Origin: Actinomycetota bacterium
GTDB taxonomy: Bacteria; Actinomycetota; Thermoleophilia; Gaiellales; Gaiellaceae
NCBI GenBank assembly: GCA_046735055.1
Contig: JBKPSO010000085.1
Location: forward strand, 1,543 to 65,542
Length of the DNA: 64,000 nucleotides
Direction of reading: 5' to 3'
How positions within the stretch are numbered: position 1 is the first letter of the stretch; every line of letters begins with the position of its first letter. Both the position numbers and the translations under genes were made by a program. Shown piece by piece: positions 9,459 through 19,849 of this stretch. The notes under the pieces were generated by a model. That model had not been told where the DNA came from and searched no databases. It was given only the letters and a program-made list of their open reading frames with translations.

Positions 9459-10579
9459 AAGCCGTGATCGGGTCAGGTCTCAAGATCATCTGCTCGCGCG
9501 AGGAGTTGGCGCAGAAGGTCGCCGTCGTCGGGCGGGGTGTCTCGACGCGTACGGCCGTCCAGATCCTCAGTGGGATCCTGCTCCGTGCGGCCGGAGGTAA
9601 GCTCGAGCTTGCCGCGACCGACATGGAGCTCTCGATCCGGACGGCGTTGGAGGAAGCGCAGGTCGAGGGTGAAGGGGCTGCTGTGGTGCCCGGTCGACTA
9701 CTCGTCGACCTGTCGCGCCTGCTGCCGGAGAGTGAGGTGACGATCGAGTACCGCGAGGAAGAGAACGTCCTGCGGGTCACGTGCGGCCCGGCGGAGTATC
9801 GCCTCAACACGTACGGCGCGGAGGACTTCCCGCGCCTCCCGCAGACCGATGCTGCACCGACGAGCGCTGTCAGTGCGGACGCACTGCTGGAGACACTTGC
9901 ATCGGTCGGCCGCGCCGTGTCGCGCGACGAGGCTCGCCCGGTCCTCACCGGTATTCTCGTCAAGTTCGGTGACGGGAAACTCGTGATGGCCGCGACCGAC
10001 TCGTACCGGCTCTCCTACAAAGAGACGCCGATCGAGGGCATCGCACCCGACATCGAGGCGATCGTCCCTGCGCGTGCGCTCGAGGAGCTTCGCCGCCTGG
10101 CTTCGGCCGGGAGCACACTCGAGCTCGGCGTCCAGGAGAACCAGGTGCTCTTCGGAGTGGACGGCACCTGGCTGACGACGCGGCGCATCGAGGGCCAGTT
10201 CCCGAAGTTCGACGAGCTGCGCCCGAAGGAGTTCGCGCACGAGGTGACGGTGCCGCGCGAGGAACTGCTGGACGTCGTCCGGCGAACGGCGGTGATGGCG
10301 CACCGGAACTCACCGCTGCGACTTCGCTTCGCCGAGGGAGAGCTGACCGTCTGGACGCAGACGCAGGACGTAGGCGAGGCGCGCGAGACGCTGCCCGTGC
10401 GCTTCGAGGGGGAGCCGCTCGAGATCGGCTTCAACGCCGACTTCCTGCGCGACGGAATCGAGTCGGCCGAGGGCGACGAGTTGCGCGTGCGGCTGATCGA
10501 CCCGCTCCGCCCCGGCTTGCTCCAGGGCCCCGGCGAGGACTTCTGGTACCTGATCATGCCGATCCGCTTGGCCGGCTGA
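9440..10579 (+). CDS. dnaN: DNA polymerase III beta sliding clamp
   Basis: Three-domain clamp-like sequence and synteny. ATG 9440 lies inside the AT-rich tract. In-frame GTG 9464 is an alternative start. Confidence 0.9.
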   Translation: MNRTEVEAVIGSGLKIICSREELAQKVAVVGRGVSTRTAVQILSGILLRAAGGKLELAATDMELSIRTALEEAQVEGEGAAVVPGRLLVDLSRLLPESEVTIEYREEENVLRVTCGPAEYRLNTYGAEDFPRLPQTDAAPTSAVSADALLETLASVGRAVSRDEARPVLTGILVKFGDGKLVMAATDSYRLSYKETPIEGIAPDIEAIVPARALEELRRLASAGSTLELGVQENQVLFGVDGTWLTTRRIEGQFPKFDELRPKEFAHEVTVPREELLDVVRRTAVMAHRNSPLRLRFAEGELTVWTQTQDVGEARETLPVRFEGEPLEIGFNADFLRDGIESAEGDELRVRLIDPLRPGLLQGPGEDFWYLIMPIRLAG

Positions 10580-11625
10580 TCGTCGCCTCGGTCCTGCTCG
10601 CGAACTTCCGCTCATACGCTCGTCTCGAGCTGCGGCTGGAGCCGGGGCTCGTCCTTGCCGTCGGGCCCAACGGAGCGGGCAAGACGAACCTGCTCGAGTC
10701 GCTGCACGTGGGCACGCAGGGGTTCTCGCCGCGCACACGTTCGGACGCGGAGTTGATCCGCTTCGGCGAGAACGCGGCCCGCATCCGGCTCGAGGGCGTC
10801 CGCGGGCAGACGCGGGTTCAGATCGGCGTCTCGCTTTCGGTGGGCGAGGGGAAAAGGGCGGAGGTGAACGGCGCGCGCCTGCGCGCGGCGGAGCAGCTCC
10901 GCAGTCACTCGTCGACGCTCGTCTTCACACCGGACCGGCTGGCGATCGTCAAGGCAGGTCCGGCGGCCAGGCGTGCGTACTTCGACCGCACCTTCGGCCG
11001 GCTTTTCCCCTCGCGCAGCTCGCTGCCGCCCGACTATGCCGCGGCGCTTGCACAGCGGAATGCCGCGCTGAAGCGAGGCGATCTGGCGGCCCTCGCGCCG
11101 TGGACGGAGCAGGTCGCGGGAATCGGCGCGGCCCTGGTGGACGCTCGGCGCGAGACGCTTGCGCTGTTGCGCGAACCGTTCGCTACCCGGGCGGCCGCGC
11201 TGGGTCTCGACGGCGCCCGACTCTCGTACGAGGGCGATCCGCCGACGGTCGAGCTCCTCGAACAGCGGCTCGAGCGGGACCTCGAACGCGGCGCAACCGG
11301 CCTCGGGCCGCACCTCGACGACGTCTCGATTGCGGCGGGCGCGCGCGACCTGCGCTCGTTCGGCTCACAGGGCGAGCAGCGCACGGCGGTGCTCGCGCTT
11401 CTGCTCGCCGAGGCGGAGTTGATCGAGGAGCGTCGCGGCGAGGCCCCGTTGCTCCTGCTCGACGATGTCCTGTCGGAGCTCGATCCTGACCGGCGCCGCG
11501 TTCTCGTCGGGCAGCTGGCCGGAAGCGGGCAGACGCTGATCACGTCGACGACGATGGATGCGCTGCCAGGCGAGCCGGCGCAGATGCTCGAGGTCTCGCC
11601 CGGAGAGGTCCGATGGAGCGCATAG
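10576..11625 (+). CDS. recF: DNA replication and repair protein RecF
   Basis: LLANFRSY...GPNGAGKTNLLE (Walker A) is encoded upstream of the first canonical start (GTG 10708). The start is therefore placed at CTG 10576 or ATC 10579, overlapping the dnaN TGA. Confidence 0.8.
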   Translation: MIVASVLLANFRSYARLELRLEPGLVLAVGPNGAGKTNLLESLHVGTQGFSPRTRSDAELIRFGENAARIRLEGVRGQTRVQIGVSLSVGEGKRAEVNGARLRAAEQLRSHSSTLVFTPDRLAIVKAGPAARRAYFDRTFGRLFPSRSSLPPDYAAALAQRNAALKRGDLAALAPWTEQVAGIGAALVDARRETLALLREPFATRAAALGLDGARLSYEGDPPTVELLEQRLERDLERGATGLGPHLDDVSIAAGARDLRSFGSQGEQRTAVLALLLAEAELIEERRGEAPLLLLDDVLSELDPDRRRVLVGQLAGSGQTLITSTTMDALPGEPAQMLEVSPGEVRWSA

Positions 11626-12074
11626 GGTCGGAGGTGAAGCAGGAGCTCTCGCGCTTCGGCGCGCAGGGGGCGATGCCGGAGGTGGTCGAGGCGTGGCCGG
11701 AGGCGGTCGGGCCGATGGTCGCGGCGAACGCGTGGCCGGCGCGGATCGCGCGCGACGGGACGCTGCACGTGAACACCTCGTCGTCGGCGTGGGCGTTCGA
11801 GCTCGGGCAGTTGACGCCCGAGATCCAGGCGAAGCTCGCAGAGAAGCTCGGCGAGAAGGCGCCGAATTCGCTCCGATTTACAGTCGGACATCTGCCCGAA
11901 GCGGACTCGCCGGCGCCCGCCGGCGCCCGCACGGCGACCCCCGAGCCGACAGAAGAAGCCCTCCAAACGGCGGCCGCGCTGGCTGCTGAGATCGAGGACG
12001 AGGAGCTCCGAGAACGGGTGCAAAGAGCGGCCGCGCTGGGCCTCTCCAAGCCCCCATCTGACCACCCTTTCTGA
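11613..12074 (+). CDS. DUF721 protein (DciA-like, Rv0004 position)
   Basis: WPEAVGPMVAANAWPARIARDGTLHVNTSSSAWAFEL is typical of DUF721. Conserved location between recF and gyrB. Confidence 0.7.
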   Translation: MERIGSEVKQELSRFGAQGAMPEVVEAWPEAVGPMVAANAWPARIARDGTLHVNTSSSAWAFELGQLTPEIQAKLAEKLGEKAPNSLRFTVGHLPEADSPAPAGARTATPEPTEEALQTAAALAAEIEDEELRERVQRAAALGLSKPPSDHPF

Positions 12075-12088
12075 TACACTGACGTCAG

Positions 12089-12120
12089 CCCGCAAATAGC
12101 CTATTTGCAGGGCTTTTGCT
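12089..12120 (+). terminator. Hairpin plus T-tract after the DUF721 gene (putative intrinsic terminator or gyrB leader structure)
   Basis: CCCGCAAATAG / CTATTTGC(A)GGG stem followed by CTTTTGCT. It lies only about 23 nt before the likely gyrB start. Confidence 0.45.
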
Positions 12121-14524
12121 CTGTTTCCAGGGCTTTCCGATTTTGGCAGAAGCAGCTTACACCGCAAAGGACATCACGGTCCTGGAAGGCCTCGAGCCGG
12201 TCCGGAAACGGCCCGGCATGTACGTCGGTTCGACTGGTTCCCGGGGCCTGCACCACCTCGCCTACGAGGTTGTCGACAACTCCGTCGACGAGGCACTCGC
12301 GGGTCGGTGTGATCTCGTCGAGGTGACCATCCACCCGGACGAGTCGATGACCGTCCGCGACAACGGCTCGGGCATCCCGGTCGACGTGATGAAGGATCAG
12401 GGCCTGCCTGCATTGACCGTCGTTCTGACCAAGCTGCACGCCGGCGGCAAGTTCGGCCAGGGCGGCTACAAGGTCTCCGGAGGCCTTCACGGCGTAGGGG
12501 TCTCGGTCGTCAACGCGCTCTCCGAGTGGCTCACCGCCGAGGTTCATCGCGACGGGAAGATCTGGCGCCAGGAGTTTGCGCGCGGGGAGCCGACCGGGAA
12601 GATGAAGGCGGTCGGCCCGACGAAGCTGACCGGCACGACGATCAGCTTCATGCCCGATGCTGAGATCTTCGAGGAGGTCGAATGGGACCCGGAGGTTCTC
12701 GAGACGCGGCTCCGCGAGACTGCGTTCCTGACCAAGGGGCTGCGCATCGTGCTCGTCGACGAGCGTGCCGGCGGGGAGCAGTACGAGTTCCACTACGAGG
12801 GGGGGATCCGCGACTTCGTCGCGCACGTGAACTCGACCAAGGAGACGGTCCACAAGCACATCGCGTATTTCGAGTGCGAGAGCGACGAGGGCAGCGTCGA
12901 GGTGGCGATGCAGTGGAACGGCTCCTACCAGGACGCGGTCTACACCTTCGCGAACAACATCAACACCCACGAGGGCGGCTCGCACCTCTCCGGCTTCAAC
13001 GCCGCGCTGACCCGGACGCTGAACAAGTACGCACGCGACCTCGGCCTGCTGAAGGAGAAGGAGGACAACCTCGAGGGCGAGGACGTACGCGAGGGGCTGG
13101 CCGCGGTTGTGTCCGTCAAGCTCCGCGACCCGCAGTTCGAGGGGCAGACGAAGACGAAGCTCGGCAACCCCTGGATTCGCGGCTTCGTCGAGTCGACCGT
13201 GAACGCGAAGCTCTCCGAGTTCCTCGAGGAGAATCCGCAGGACGCGAAGCAGATCATCCAGAAGGCGATCGCGGCCTCCCGGGCACGGCTCGCAGCCCGC
13301 AAGGCGCGTGACCTGACCCGGCGCAAGGGCGCCTTCGGCGGCGAGATCGCGAAGAAGTTCGCCGACTGCCAGGTGCGCGACCCGGAGCTTGCGGAGGTCT
13401 TCATCGTCGAGGGCAACTCCGCCGGCGGCGCCGCCAAGGAGGCGCGCGACAAGGCGAACCAGGCGATCCTGCCGCTGCGCGGGAAGATCATCAACTCGGA
13501 GAAGAACCGCATCGACAAGGTGCTCTCGAACGCGGAGATCCAGCTCCTCGTCCAGGTGATCGGTACCGGGATCGGAGCCGAGTTCGACATCTCGAAGGTT
13601 CGCTACCACCGCGTGATCGTCATGACCGACGCGGACGTGGACGGCGCGCACATCCGCACGCTCGTGCTCACGTTCCTCTATCGGCACATGCCGGAGCTCT
13701 TTGACCAAGGCTACGTCTACATCGCCGTCCCGCCGCTGTACCTCGCTCGCTTCGGCAACCAGCAGAACTACCTGGAGAAGGACTCGCAGCTCGAGGAGCT
13801 GCTCGTCCGCGAGCGCTTCCCCGAGCTCGAGATCGCGGGTCGCGGTGGGACCGAAGTGAAGCTGACGCAGGGCCGCTACTCGCGGTTTACGAAGCTGCTG
13901 GCCGAGTACCAGGGCTGGGCGGCGCGCCTGCGGGCCGACTTCGGGAATCCCGCTGCGGACTTCGTGCTCGCCCACCGGCTGGTCGAGGTCGACGCCGAGT
14001 CGCCGGCGGACGCACACAAGGCGATCGCGAACTTCGCGGCCAACGGCTACCGCCTCGAGTCGAAGGCAGACAAGGACGCGCTGCACGTGAAGGTCGTCGA
14101 GGTCGAGACGAACGCGACCCGCAACGTGACCGTGCCCGGCGAGCTCTTTGCCTCCCCGATCTACGAGCGGGTGCGCAAGGCGCACGCGGCGCTCGGGGAC
14201 GTTCTGGGCGCGCTCCCGCCGTTCGAGCTCAGGCTCGGCAAGAACAGCGAGGAGGCGCTGACGTTCGAGGGCCTCCGCGACACGGCGATCACGCTGGCGA
14301 AGCGCGGCCTCCAGATCACGCGCTTCAAGGGCCTCTCGGAGATGAATTCGGCCGAGTTGTGGGCGACGACGATGGACCCGGCCCGGCGGATGCTCGTTCA
14401 GGTCGGCGTCGAGGATGCGACCGCGGCGGACCTGTGGTTCTCGCGGCTGATGGGCGATGAGGTCGAGCCGCGCCGTGAGTTCATCGAGCAGAACGCACTG
14501 GAGGTCAAGAACCTGGATGTCTGA
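12116..14524 (+). CDS. gyrB: DNA gyrase subunit B (long form)
   Basis: GLHHL, GHKL ATPase, TOPRIM, PPLY and KGLSEMN motifs. TTG 12143 ([18 protein letters not shown]) is the more likely start. Confidence 0.95.
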   Translation: MLCFQGFPILAEAAYTAKDITVLEGLEPVRKRPGMYVGSTGSRGLHHLAYEVVDNSVDEALAGRCDLVEVTIHPDESMTVRDNGSGIPVDVMKDQGLPALTVVLTKLHAGGKFGQGGYKVSGGLHGVGVSVVNALSEWLTAEVHRDGKIWRQEFARGEPTGKMKAVGPTKLTGTTISFMPDAEIFEEVEWDPEVLETRLRETAFLTKGLRIVLVDERAGGEQYEFHYEGGIRDFVAHVNSTKETVHKHIAYFECESDEGSVEVAMQWNGSYQDAVYTFANNINTHEGGSHLSGFNAALTRTLNKYARDLGLLKEKEDNLEGEDVREGLAAVVSVKLRDPQFEGQTKTKLGNPWIRGFVESTVNAKLSEFLEENPQDAKQIIQKAIAASRARLAARKARDLTRRKGAFGGEIAKKFADCQVRDPELAEVFIVEGNSAGGAAKEARDKANQAILPLRGKIINSEKNRIDKVLSNAEIQLLVQVIGTGIGAEFDISKVRYHRVIVMTDADVDGAHIRTLVLTFLYRHMPELFDQGYVYIAVPPLYLARFGNQQNYLEKDSQLEELLVRERFPELEIAGRGGTEVKLTQGRYSRFTKLLAEYQGWAARLRADFGNPAADFVLAHRLVEVDAESPADAHKAIANFAANGYRLESKADKDALHVKVVEVETNATRNVTVPGELFASPIYERVRKAHAALGDVLGALPPFELRLGKNSEEALTFEGLRDTAITLAKRGLQITRFKGLSEMNSAELWATTMDPARRMLVQVGVEDATAADLWFSRLMGDEVEPRREFIEQNALEVKNLDV

Positions 14525-17015
14525 GCTGGGCAACGAGGTCGGCGGCGCAGGCCGCATCGAGACACGCGAGCTCGATCAGGAGGTTCGCACCAGCTTTCTC
14601 GATTACGCGATGAGCGTGATCGTCGCGCGCGCCCTTCCGGACGTGCGCGACGGGCTGAAGCCGGTGCACCGCCGCGTGCTCTACGCGATGCACGAGGCGG
14701 GGCTGCAGCCGAACCGGCCGACGCGCAAGTCGGCGCGCGTCGTCGGCGACGTGATGGGCAACTACCACCCGCACGGAGACGCGGCGATCTACGACACGCT
14801 CGTCAGGTTGGCACAGCCCTTCTCGCTGCGCTACCCCCTCGTCGACGGCCAGGGCTACTTCGGCTCGGTCGACGGCGACCCGCCGGGCGCCATGCGCTAC
14901 ACCGAGTGCCGGCTTTCGCGGATCGCCACCGAGCTGCTCCGCGACATCGACGCGGACACCGTCGACTTCGGGCCGAACTACGACGAGTCGCGCAAGGAGC
15001 CGGAGATCCTCCCTTCGCGGTTCCCGAACCTGCTCGTCAACGGATCGCAGGGGATCGCGGTCGGCATGGCGACGAACATCCCGCCGCATAACCTCGGGGA
15101 GGTCGTGAACGCGGTCGTCGCGATGATCGACGATCCGACGATCGACGTCGAGCGGCTCAGCAAGCACGTCAAGGGGCCCGACTTCCCGACCGGCGGCACG
15201 ATCGTCGGCCGCTCGGGGATCAAGGACGCCTACCGCTCCGGCCGCGGCCGCATCGTCGTCCGCGGGCGCGCGCACATCGAGCAGCTGCGCGGCGGCAAGA
15301 GCGCGATCATCATCACCGAGCTCCCCTACGGCGTCCGCAAGGCGGGTGAGGGCGGCGTGATCGAGAAGGTCGCCGACCTCGTCAAGGCGGGGACGCTGAA
15401 CGAGGTGCCGATGTCCGACGAGGCGCTGCAGGACCACTCCGACAAGGAGGGCATGCGCATCTACGTCGAGCTGAAGCGCGATGCCGTCCCGCAGGTGGCG
15501 CTGAACAAGCTCTTCAAGCACACCCAGCTCCAGACGACCTTCGGCTACAACGCGGTCGCGCTTCTCGACGGCATTCCGAAGACGCTCTCGCTGCTCGAGC
15601 TCGTCCGCGAGTACCTGACCTTCCAGCGTGAGGTCGTCACCCGCCGCTCGAAGTTCGAGCTCCGCAAGGCCGAGGAGCGCGCCCACGTCCTGCGCGGCTA
15701 CCTGATCGCGCTCGACAACCTGGACGCGGTGATCGCGCTGATCCGCGGGGCTGCCGACCCCGATGTCGCCCGAGCCGGCCTGATGAAGAAGTTCGAGCTC
15801 AGCGAGATCCAGGCGCAGGCGATCCTCGACCTCCGGCTGCAGCGTCTGACCAAGCTCGAGCGCAAGCGAATCGAGGAAGAGCACAAGGATCTGGAGGAGC
15901 GCATCGCCGAGCTGCGGGCGATCCTCGGCGACGAGACGCGCATCGACGGGCTGATCCGCGAGGAGCTGCTCGAGCTGAAGGAGCTCTACGGCAAGGGCGA
16001 CGACCGGCGCACCGAGATCGTCGCCGCCGAGGAGGAGCTCGAGCTCGAGGACCTGATCGCCGAGGAGGACATGGTGATCGCGATCACGCGCTCGGGCTAC
16101 ATCAAGCGGCTACCGGTCACCGCTTACCGTGAGCAACGACGCGGCGGCAAGGGCGTGATGGGGATGGAGCTCAAGGACGAGGACTACATCGAGCACCTCT
16201 TCGTCGCCTCCACGCACGACTATCTGCTCTTCTTCACCTCCGTCGGCAAGGTCTACCGGCTGAAGGTGCACGAGCTCCCGCTCGGGTCGCGGCAGTCGAA
16301 GGGTCGCGCCGCGGTCAACCTGCTCCCATTTCAGCAACGGGAGCAGATCCGAGCGGTCGTCCAGACCCGAAACTTCGAGGAGTCCGAGTACCTCGTCTTC
16401 GCGACGAAGAAGGGGATGGTCAAGAAGACGAGGCTCGCCGAGTACAACACTCCGCTGAAGGCGGACGGGATCATCGCGATCAACATGCGGGAGGGCGACG
16501 AGCTCGTCGGCGTCCGGCACTCGACCGGGAACGACGACATCCTGATGGTCTCGCGAAGCGGCCAGGCGATCCGCTTCCACGAGCAGGAGGCCCGGCCTAT
16601 GGGCCGTGCGGCCGCCGGCGTCCAGGGCATGCGCCTGCGCGCCGACGACGAGGTGATCGCGATCACGATTGCACGCGACACCGACGACCTGCTCGTCGTC
16701 ACCGAGCAGGGCTACGGCAAGCGCACGCCCGTGCACGAGTATCCGCGCAAGGGCCGCGGCGGCCTCGGCGTGAAGACCGTCCAGCTGACCGACGCGAAGG
16801 GGAAGCTCGCCGGCGCCCGCATCGTCCGCGAGGGCTACCAGGTGATGCTGATCTCGACGGGCGGCACGGTCATCCGCATGGCCGTCGACGAGATCAAGCG
16901 TCTCGGCCGGGCGACCCAGGGCGTGATCGTCGTGCGGCTGAAGGACGGCGAGATGGTCTCCAGCCTCGCCCCCGTCGCCGAGTCGGGGGACGAGGAGACG
17001 GACGCCCCGGAGTAA
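14517..17015 (+). CDS. gyrA: DNA gyrase subunit A
   Basis: [19 protein letters not shown] and C-terminal beta-pinwheel repeats. ATG 14517 overlaps the end of gyrB. Confidence 0.95.
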   Translation: MSELGNEVGGAGRIETRELDQEVRTSFLDYAMSVIVARALPDVRDGLKPVHRRVLYAMHEAGLQPNRPTRKSARVVGDVMGNYHPHGDAAIYDTLVRLAQPFSLRYPLVDGQGYFGSVDGDPPGAMRYTECRLSRIATELLRDIDADTVDFGPNYDESRKEPEILPSRFPNLLVNGSQGIAVGMATNIPPHNLGEVVNAVVAMIDDPTIDVERLSKHVKGPDFPTGGTIVGRSGIKDAYRSGRGRIVVRGRAHIEQLRGGKSAIIITELPYGVRKAGEGGVIEKVADLVKAGTLNEVPMSDEALQDHSDKEGMRIYVELKRDAVPQVALNKLFKHTQLQTTFGYNAVALLDGIPKTLSLLELVREYLTFQREVVTRRSKFELRKAEERAHVLRGYLIALDNLDAVIALIRGAADPDVARAGLMKKFELSEIQAQAILDLRLQRLTKLERKRIEEEHKDLEERIAELRAILGDETRIDGLIREELLELKELYGKGDDRRTEIVAAEEELELEDLIAEEDMVIAITRSGYIKRLPVTAYREQRRGGKGVMGMELKDEDYIEHLFVASTHDYLLFFTSVGKVYRLKVHELPLGSRQSKGRAAVNLLPFQQREQIRAVVQTRNFEESEYLVFATKKGMVKKTRLAEYNTPLKADGIIAINMREGDELVGVRHSTGNDDILMVSRSGQAIRFHEQEARPMGRAAAGVQGMRLRADDEVIAITIARDTDDLLVVTEQGYGKRTPVHEYPRKGRGGLGVKTVQLTDAKGKLAGARIVREGYQVMLISTGGTVIRMAVDEIKRLGRATQGVIVVRLKDGEMVSSLAPVAESGDEETDAPE

Positions 17016-17097
17016 CCCACCCGACTCTTCACACCAGTCGGCGCGGGTGATAGCTTGGTTTGGGATCCCTACAACATCGGTGGAAAAGGATAGGCGT

Positions 17098-17394
17098 ATG
17101 TCATTCCAGGGCCAAGTTGATCTCCTGGAACCGATAAATCTCGCCGACCACCTCGACAAGGTCGAGCTCTACCTCGGCCAGGTCTGCCAGATGGCCGGCA
17201 TCTCGAAGATGCAGCTCGACTACTGGACGAACAAGGCGCAGATCCCCACCAAGGGGCGCAAGCAGCGCATCTACGACATGGATGCCGTCGAGACCGTGAT
17301 GCTGATCAAGCAGGGGAAGGACAAGGGTCTGAACCTCGGCGCGGCGATCGATGCGGCGCGCCTGTTCCGCGAGCAGAACAGCCGGGCGAGCTAG
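17098..17394 (+). CDS. Small MerR-type HTH DNA-binding protein
   Basis: LGQVCQMAGISKMQLDYWTNKAQIP...RIYDMDAVETVMLIK resembles a MerR/excisionase-type HTH. Start taken at the internal ATG after AAAGGATAGG. Confidence 0.5.
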   Translation: MSFQGQVDLLEPINLADHLDKVELYLGQVCQMAGISKMQLDYWTNKAQIPTKGRKQRIYDMDAVETVMLIKQGKDKGLNLGAAIDAARLFREQNSRAS

Positions 17395-17576
17395 CTCGCC
17401 GCTTCGAGCAGCGCGCGCAGGTCGCGCATCAGCGTGCTCAGCGGCACATCGCTTTCACGGCGGACGATCGAGCGACGCAGGTAATCGGCGAGCAGCGCCT
17501 CGATCGACTCGACGAGGTGCGCGAGCTCGTCCTGCTCGGGGGGATCGACGAACTCGGGCCTGATCGCGATTGCCAT
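17391..17576 (-). CDS. Hypothetical protein (61 aa)
   Basis: ORF only. It shares a CTAG stop overlap with the convergent MerR-like gene. Confidence 0.3.
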   Translation of the reverse strand: MAIAIRPEFVDPPEQDELAHLVESIEALLADYLRRSIVRRESDVPLSTLMRDLRALLEAAS

Positions 17577-17641
17577 GGGTAGAACCTAAGACGGCGTTCG
17601 GACGGGAGTGTTGCGCGCTTTCGTTAAGAAATTGTGCGCTT

Positions 17642-18424
17642 TTAGCTCTTCTCCTCCGTCTTGGTCACCCGGTGTCGCTCGATCAGGGGCGCGATCAGGT
17701 CGATCGGGGCCGGGAAGACGATCGTCGACGCGTTCGCGGAACCGATCTCGAGCAGCGTCTGCAGGTAGCGGAGCTGGATCGCGATCGGCTCCTCCTGCAT
17801 CACCGCCGCCGCGTCGCGCAACCGCTCCGAGGCCTGGAACTCGCCCTCGGCGTTGATCACCTTCGCGCGGCGCTCGCGCTCGGCCTCCGCCTGCCGCGCC
17901 ATCGCCCGTTGCATGCTGGACGGGATCTCGACGTCCTTCACCTCGACGATCGAGACCTTGATCCCCCAGGGCGCGGTCGACTCGTCGATGATCCCTTGCA
18001 GGATCGCGTTGATCTTGTCGCGCTCGGAGAGGAGCTCGTCGAGCAGGTGCTGCCCGAGCACCGAGCGCAGGGTCGTCTGGGCGATCTGCGAGGTCGCGAC
18101 CATGAAGTTCTCGACCTGGACGATCGCGTCCTTCGGGGCGACGATCCGGAAGTAGGCGACGGCGTTCACCCGGACGGGGACGTTGTCCTTTGTGATCACC
18201 TCCTGCGGAGGGATCGTCAGCGTGATCGTCCGCAGGTCGACCTTGACCATCCGGTCGACGATCGGGATCAGGATGAAGAGCCCCGGGCCTTTCGGCTCCG
18301 GCAGCAGTCGGCCGAGGCGGAAGACGATGCCGCGCTCGTACTCGCGCGCGACCTTGATAGCCGCGAACAGGAACAGCACCGCGAGCACGACGACGATGAC
18401 GACGACGACGATGGCGGCGGTCAC
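17642..18424 (-). CDS. SPFH/band-7 (stomatin-like) protein
   Basis: N-terminal TM segment followed by [13 protein letters not shown]...VDLRT...[10 protein letters not shown]. Confidence 0.85.
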   Translation of the reverse strand: MTAAIVVVVIVVVLAVLFLFAAIKVAREYERGIVFRLGRLLPEPKGPGLFILIPIVDRMVKVDLRTITLTIPPQEVITKDNVPVRVNAVAYFRIVAPKDAIVQVENFMVATSQIAQTTLRSVLGQHLLDELLSERDKINAILQGIIDESTAPWGIKVSIVEVKDVEIPSSMQRAMARQAEAERERRAKVINAEGEFQASERLRDAAAVMQEEPIAIQLRYLQTLLEIGSANASTIVFPAPIDLIAPLIERHRVTKTEEKS

Positions 18425-18450
18425 GGGACGATCTTAGTTGCCTGTGGGCA

Positions 18451-19779
18451 CTAGACGGCGGCAGGGGTGCGCGCCGGCCGCACGATCAGCTCGAGGCCGT
18501 CCACACCGACGACGTCGACCTCCTCGCCGGGGTCGAGCGGCTCGCCGTCCTCGCTCCGGGCCTGCCAGAGCTCGCCGCGGACGGAGACGAGCCCGCCGCG
18601 CCGAACCTGGCCGTGGGTGCCAATGATCAGGTTCGGGCCGACCGCGGCCGGGCGGCGGCGGATCTGCAGCGCCTTCGCCAGCGCGAGCCCGAAGAAGGCC
18701 GAGAACGTGCCGGCGATGGCGAGTGCCACCGGCAGAGAGACCTGGTACCCGGAGCCTGCAGGCTGGAACAGGATCAAGCTGCCGAAAACGAAGAGGACGG
18801 CGCCGGCGACGGTGAGCGCGCCGTGGCTGAAGGCGACGAAGAGCTCGGTGATCCAGCAGGCGAACGCGGCGCCGATCAGCAGCAGTCCGGCCCAGTTGGT
18901 CGGCAGCACGTCGAGGCCATAGAACGCGATCGCGAGGGACAGCACGCCGAACGTGGCCGGGAAGATCAAGCCCGGGTGCCAGAGCTCGATCACGATCCCG
19001 AGCACACCCAGCGACAGCATCAGCGCGATCAGGTTCGGGTCGATCAGGGTGTCGAGCAGGCGCTGCCAGAAGCTCATCTTGGCGGTCGTGATCTCGGCAC
19101 CGGCCGTGTGCAGCACGAAGCCCTTCGGGATCGTCTTCTGGCCGTCGATCTTCCGCAGCAGCGCAGGCAGCGTCGGCGCGATCACGTCGATCACGTTCTG
19201 CTGCAGCGCCGCATAGGCGGGGAGGTTCGACGCCTTGCGAACCGCGGCATCCGCCCACTTGACGTTCCGCCCGTGCGTCTTGGCGAGCACCTTCAGCGAC
19301 GCGGCGGCGTCGTTCACGACCTTGCGGCGCAGGTCGCTCTGGATGTTCTCGCCGCCGAGGTTGATCGGCGTCGAGGAGCCGATGTTGGTCTGCGGCGCCA
19401 TCGCGAGGATGTCCGCCGCCTGCCCGATCCAGACGCCGGCGGACGCCGCGCGCGCGCCGTTCGGCGAGACGTAGACGATCACCGGGATCTTCGAGGCGAG
19501 CTCCTTCTTGACGATCTTGCGCATCGACTCCGAGAGCCCGCCCGGGGTGTCGAGCAGGATCGCGACCGCGTCGTAGCCGTCGCTGTTCGCGCGGTCGATC
19601 TCGTCGTTCACGTAGCTCTGGGTGACGGGGTTGACGTCGTTGGCGAACTCGACGGCGAGCACGCGCGGTCGCTCCAGGCGCTTCTGAGCGGGTTCGCCGG
19701 CGAAGCTCGGCCCGACGAACAGGAACGCTGCGAGGAGGGTCAGCGAGACGAGAAGTGCCCGCAGGAAAGCCGTTCTCAC
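18451..19779 (-). CDS. NfeD-family membrane-bound serine protease
   Basis: ClpP/S49-like LLDTPGGL...SAGV region, multiple TM segments and a C-terminal NfeD OB-fold (VRGELWQARSEDG). Start placed at GTG 19779, before the signal-like segment. Confidence 0.8.
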   Translation of the reverse strand: MRTAFLRALLVSLTLLAAFLFVGPSFAGEPAQKRLERPRVLAVEFANDVNPVTQSYVNDEIDRANSDGYDAVAILLDTPGGLSESMRKIVKKELASKIPVIVYVSPNGARAASAGVWIGQAADILAMAPQTNIGSSTPINLGGENIQSDLRRKVVNDAAASLKVLAKTHGRNVKWADAAVRKASNLPAYAALQQNVIDVIAPTLPALLRKIDGQKTIPKGFVLHTAGAEITTAKMSFWQRLLDTLIDPNLIALMLSLGVLGIVIELWHPGLIFPATFGVLSLAIAFYGLDVLPTNWAGLLLIGAAFACWITELFVAFSHGALTVAGAVLFVFGSLILFQPAGSGYQVSLPVALAIAGTFSAFFGLALAKALQIRRRPAAVGPNLIIGTHGQVRRGGLVSVRGELWQARSEDGEPLDPGEEVDVVGVDGLELIVRPARTPAAV

Positions 19780-19849
19780 AGCCGTAAGGATTCTATCAAC
19801 GGGTGTCCGGCTGACTTTCGGCGCGGGCACACTGGCCGAAGACCTCGAC

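Noticed and set aside
12101-14557. 818-aa ORF antisense to gyrB. Similar giant ORFs occur at 18613-21798 (+), 25319-27703 (-), 40640-42562 (-), 46041-48026 (-), 37120-38733 (-) and 43370-45352 (+).
   Set aside because: Each lies opposite or out of frame to a gene with clear family motifs. Their translations are Arg/Ala/Gly/Pro/Asp-rich low-complexity strings typical of stop-codon-poor off-frames in very GC-rich DNA.
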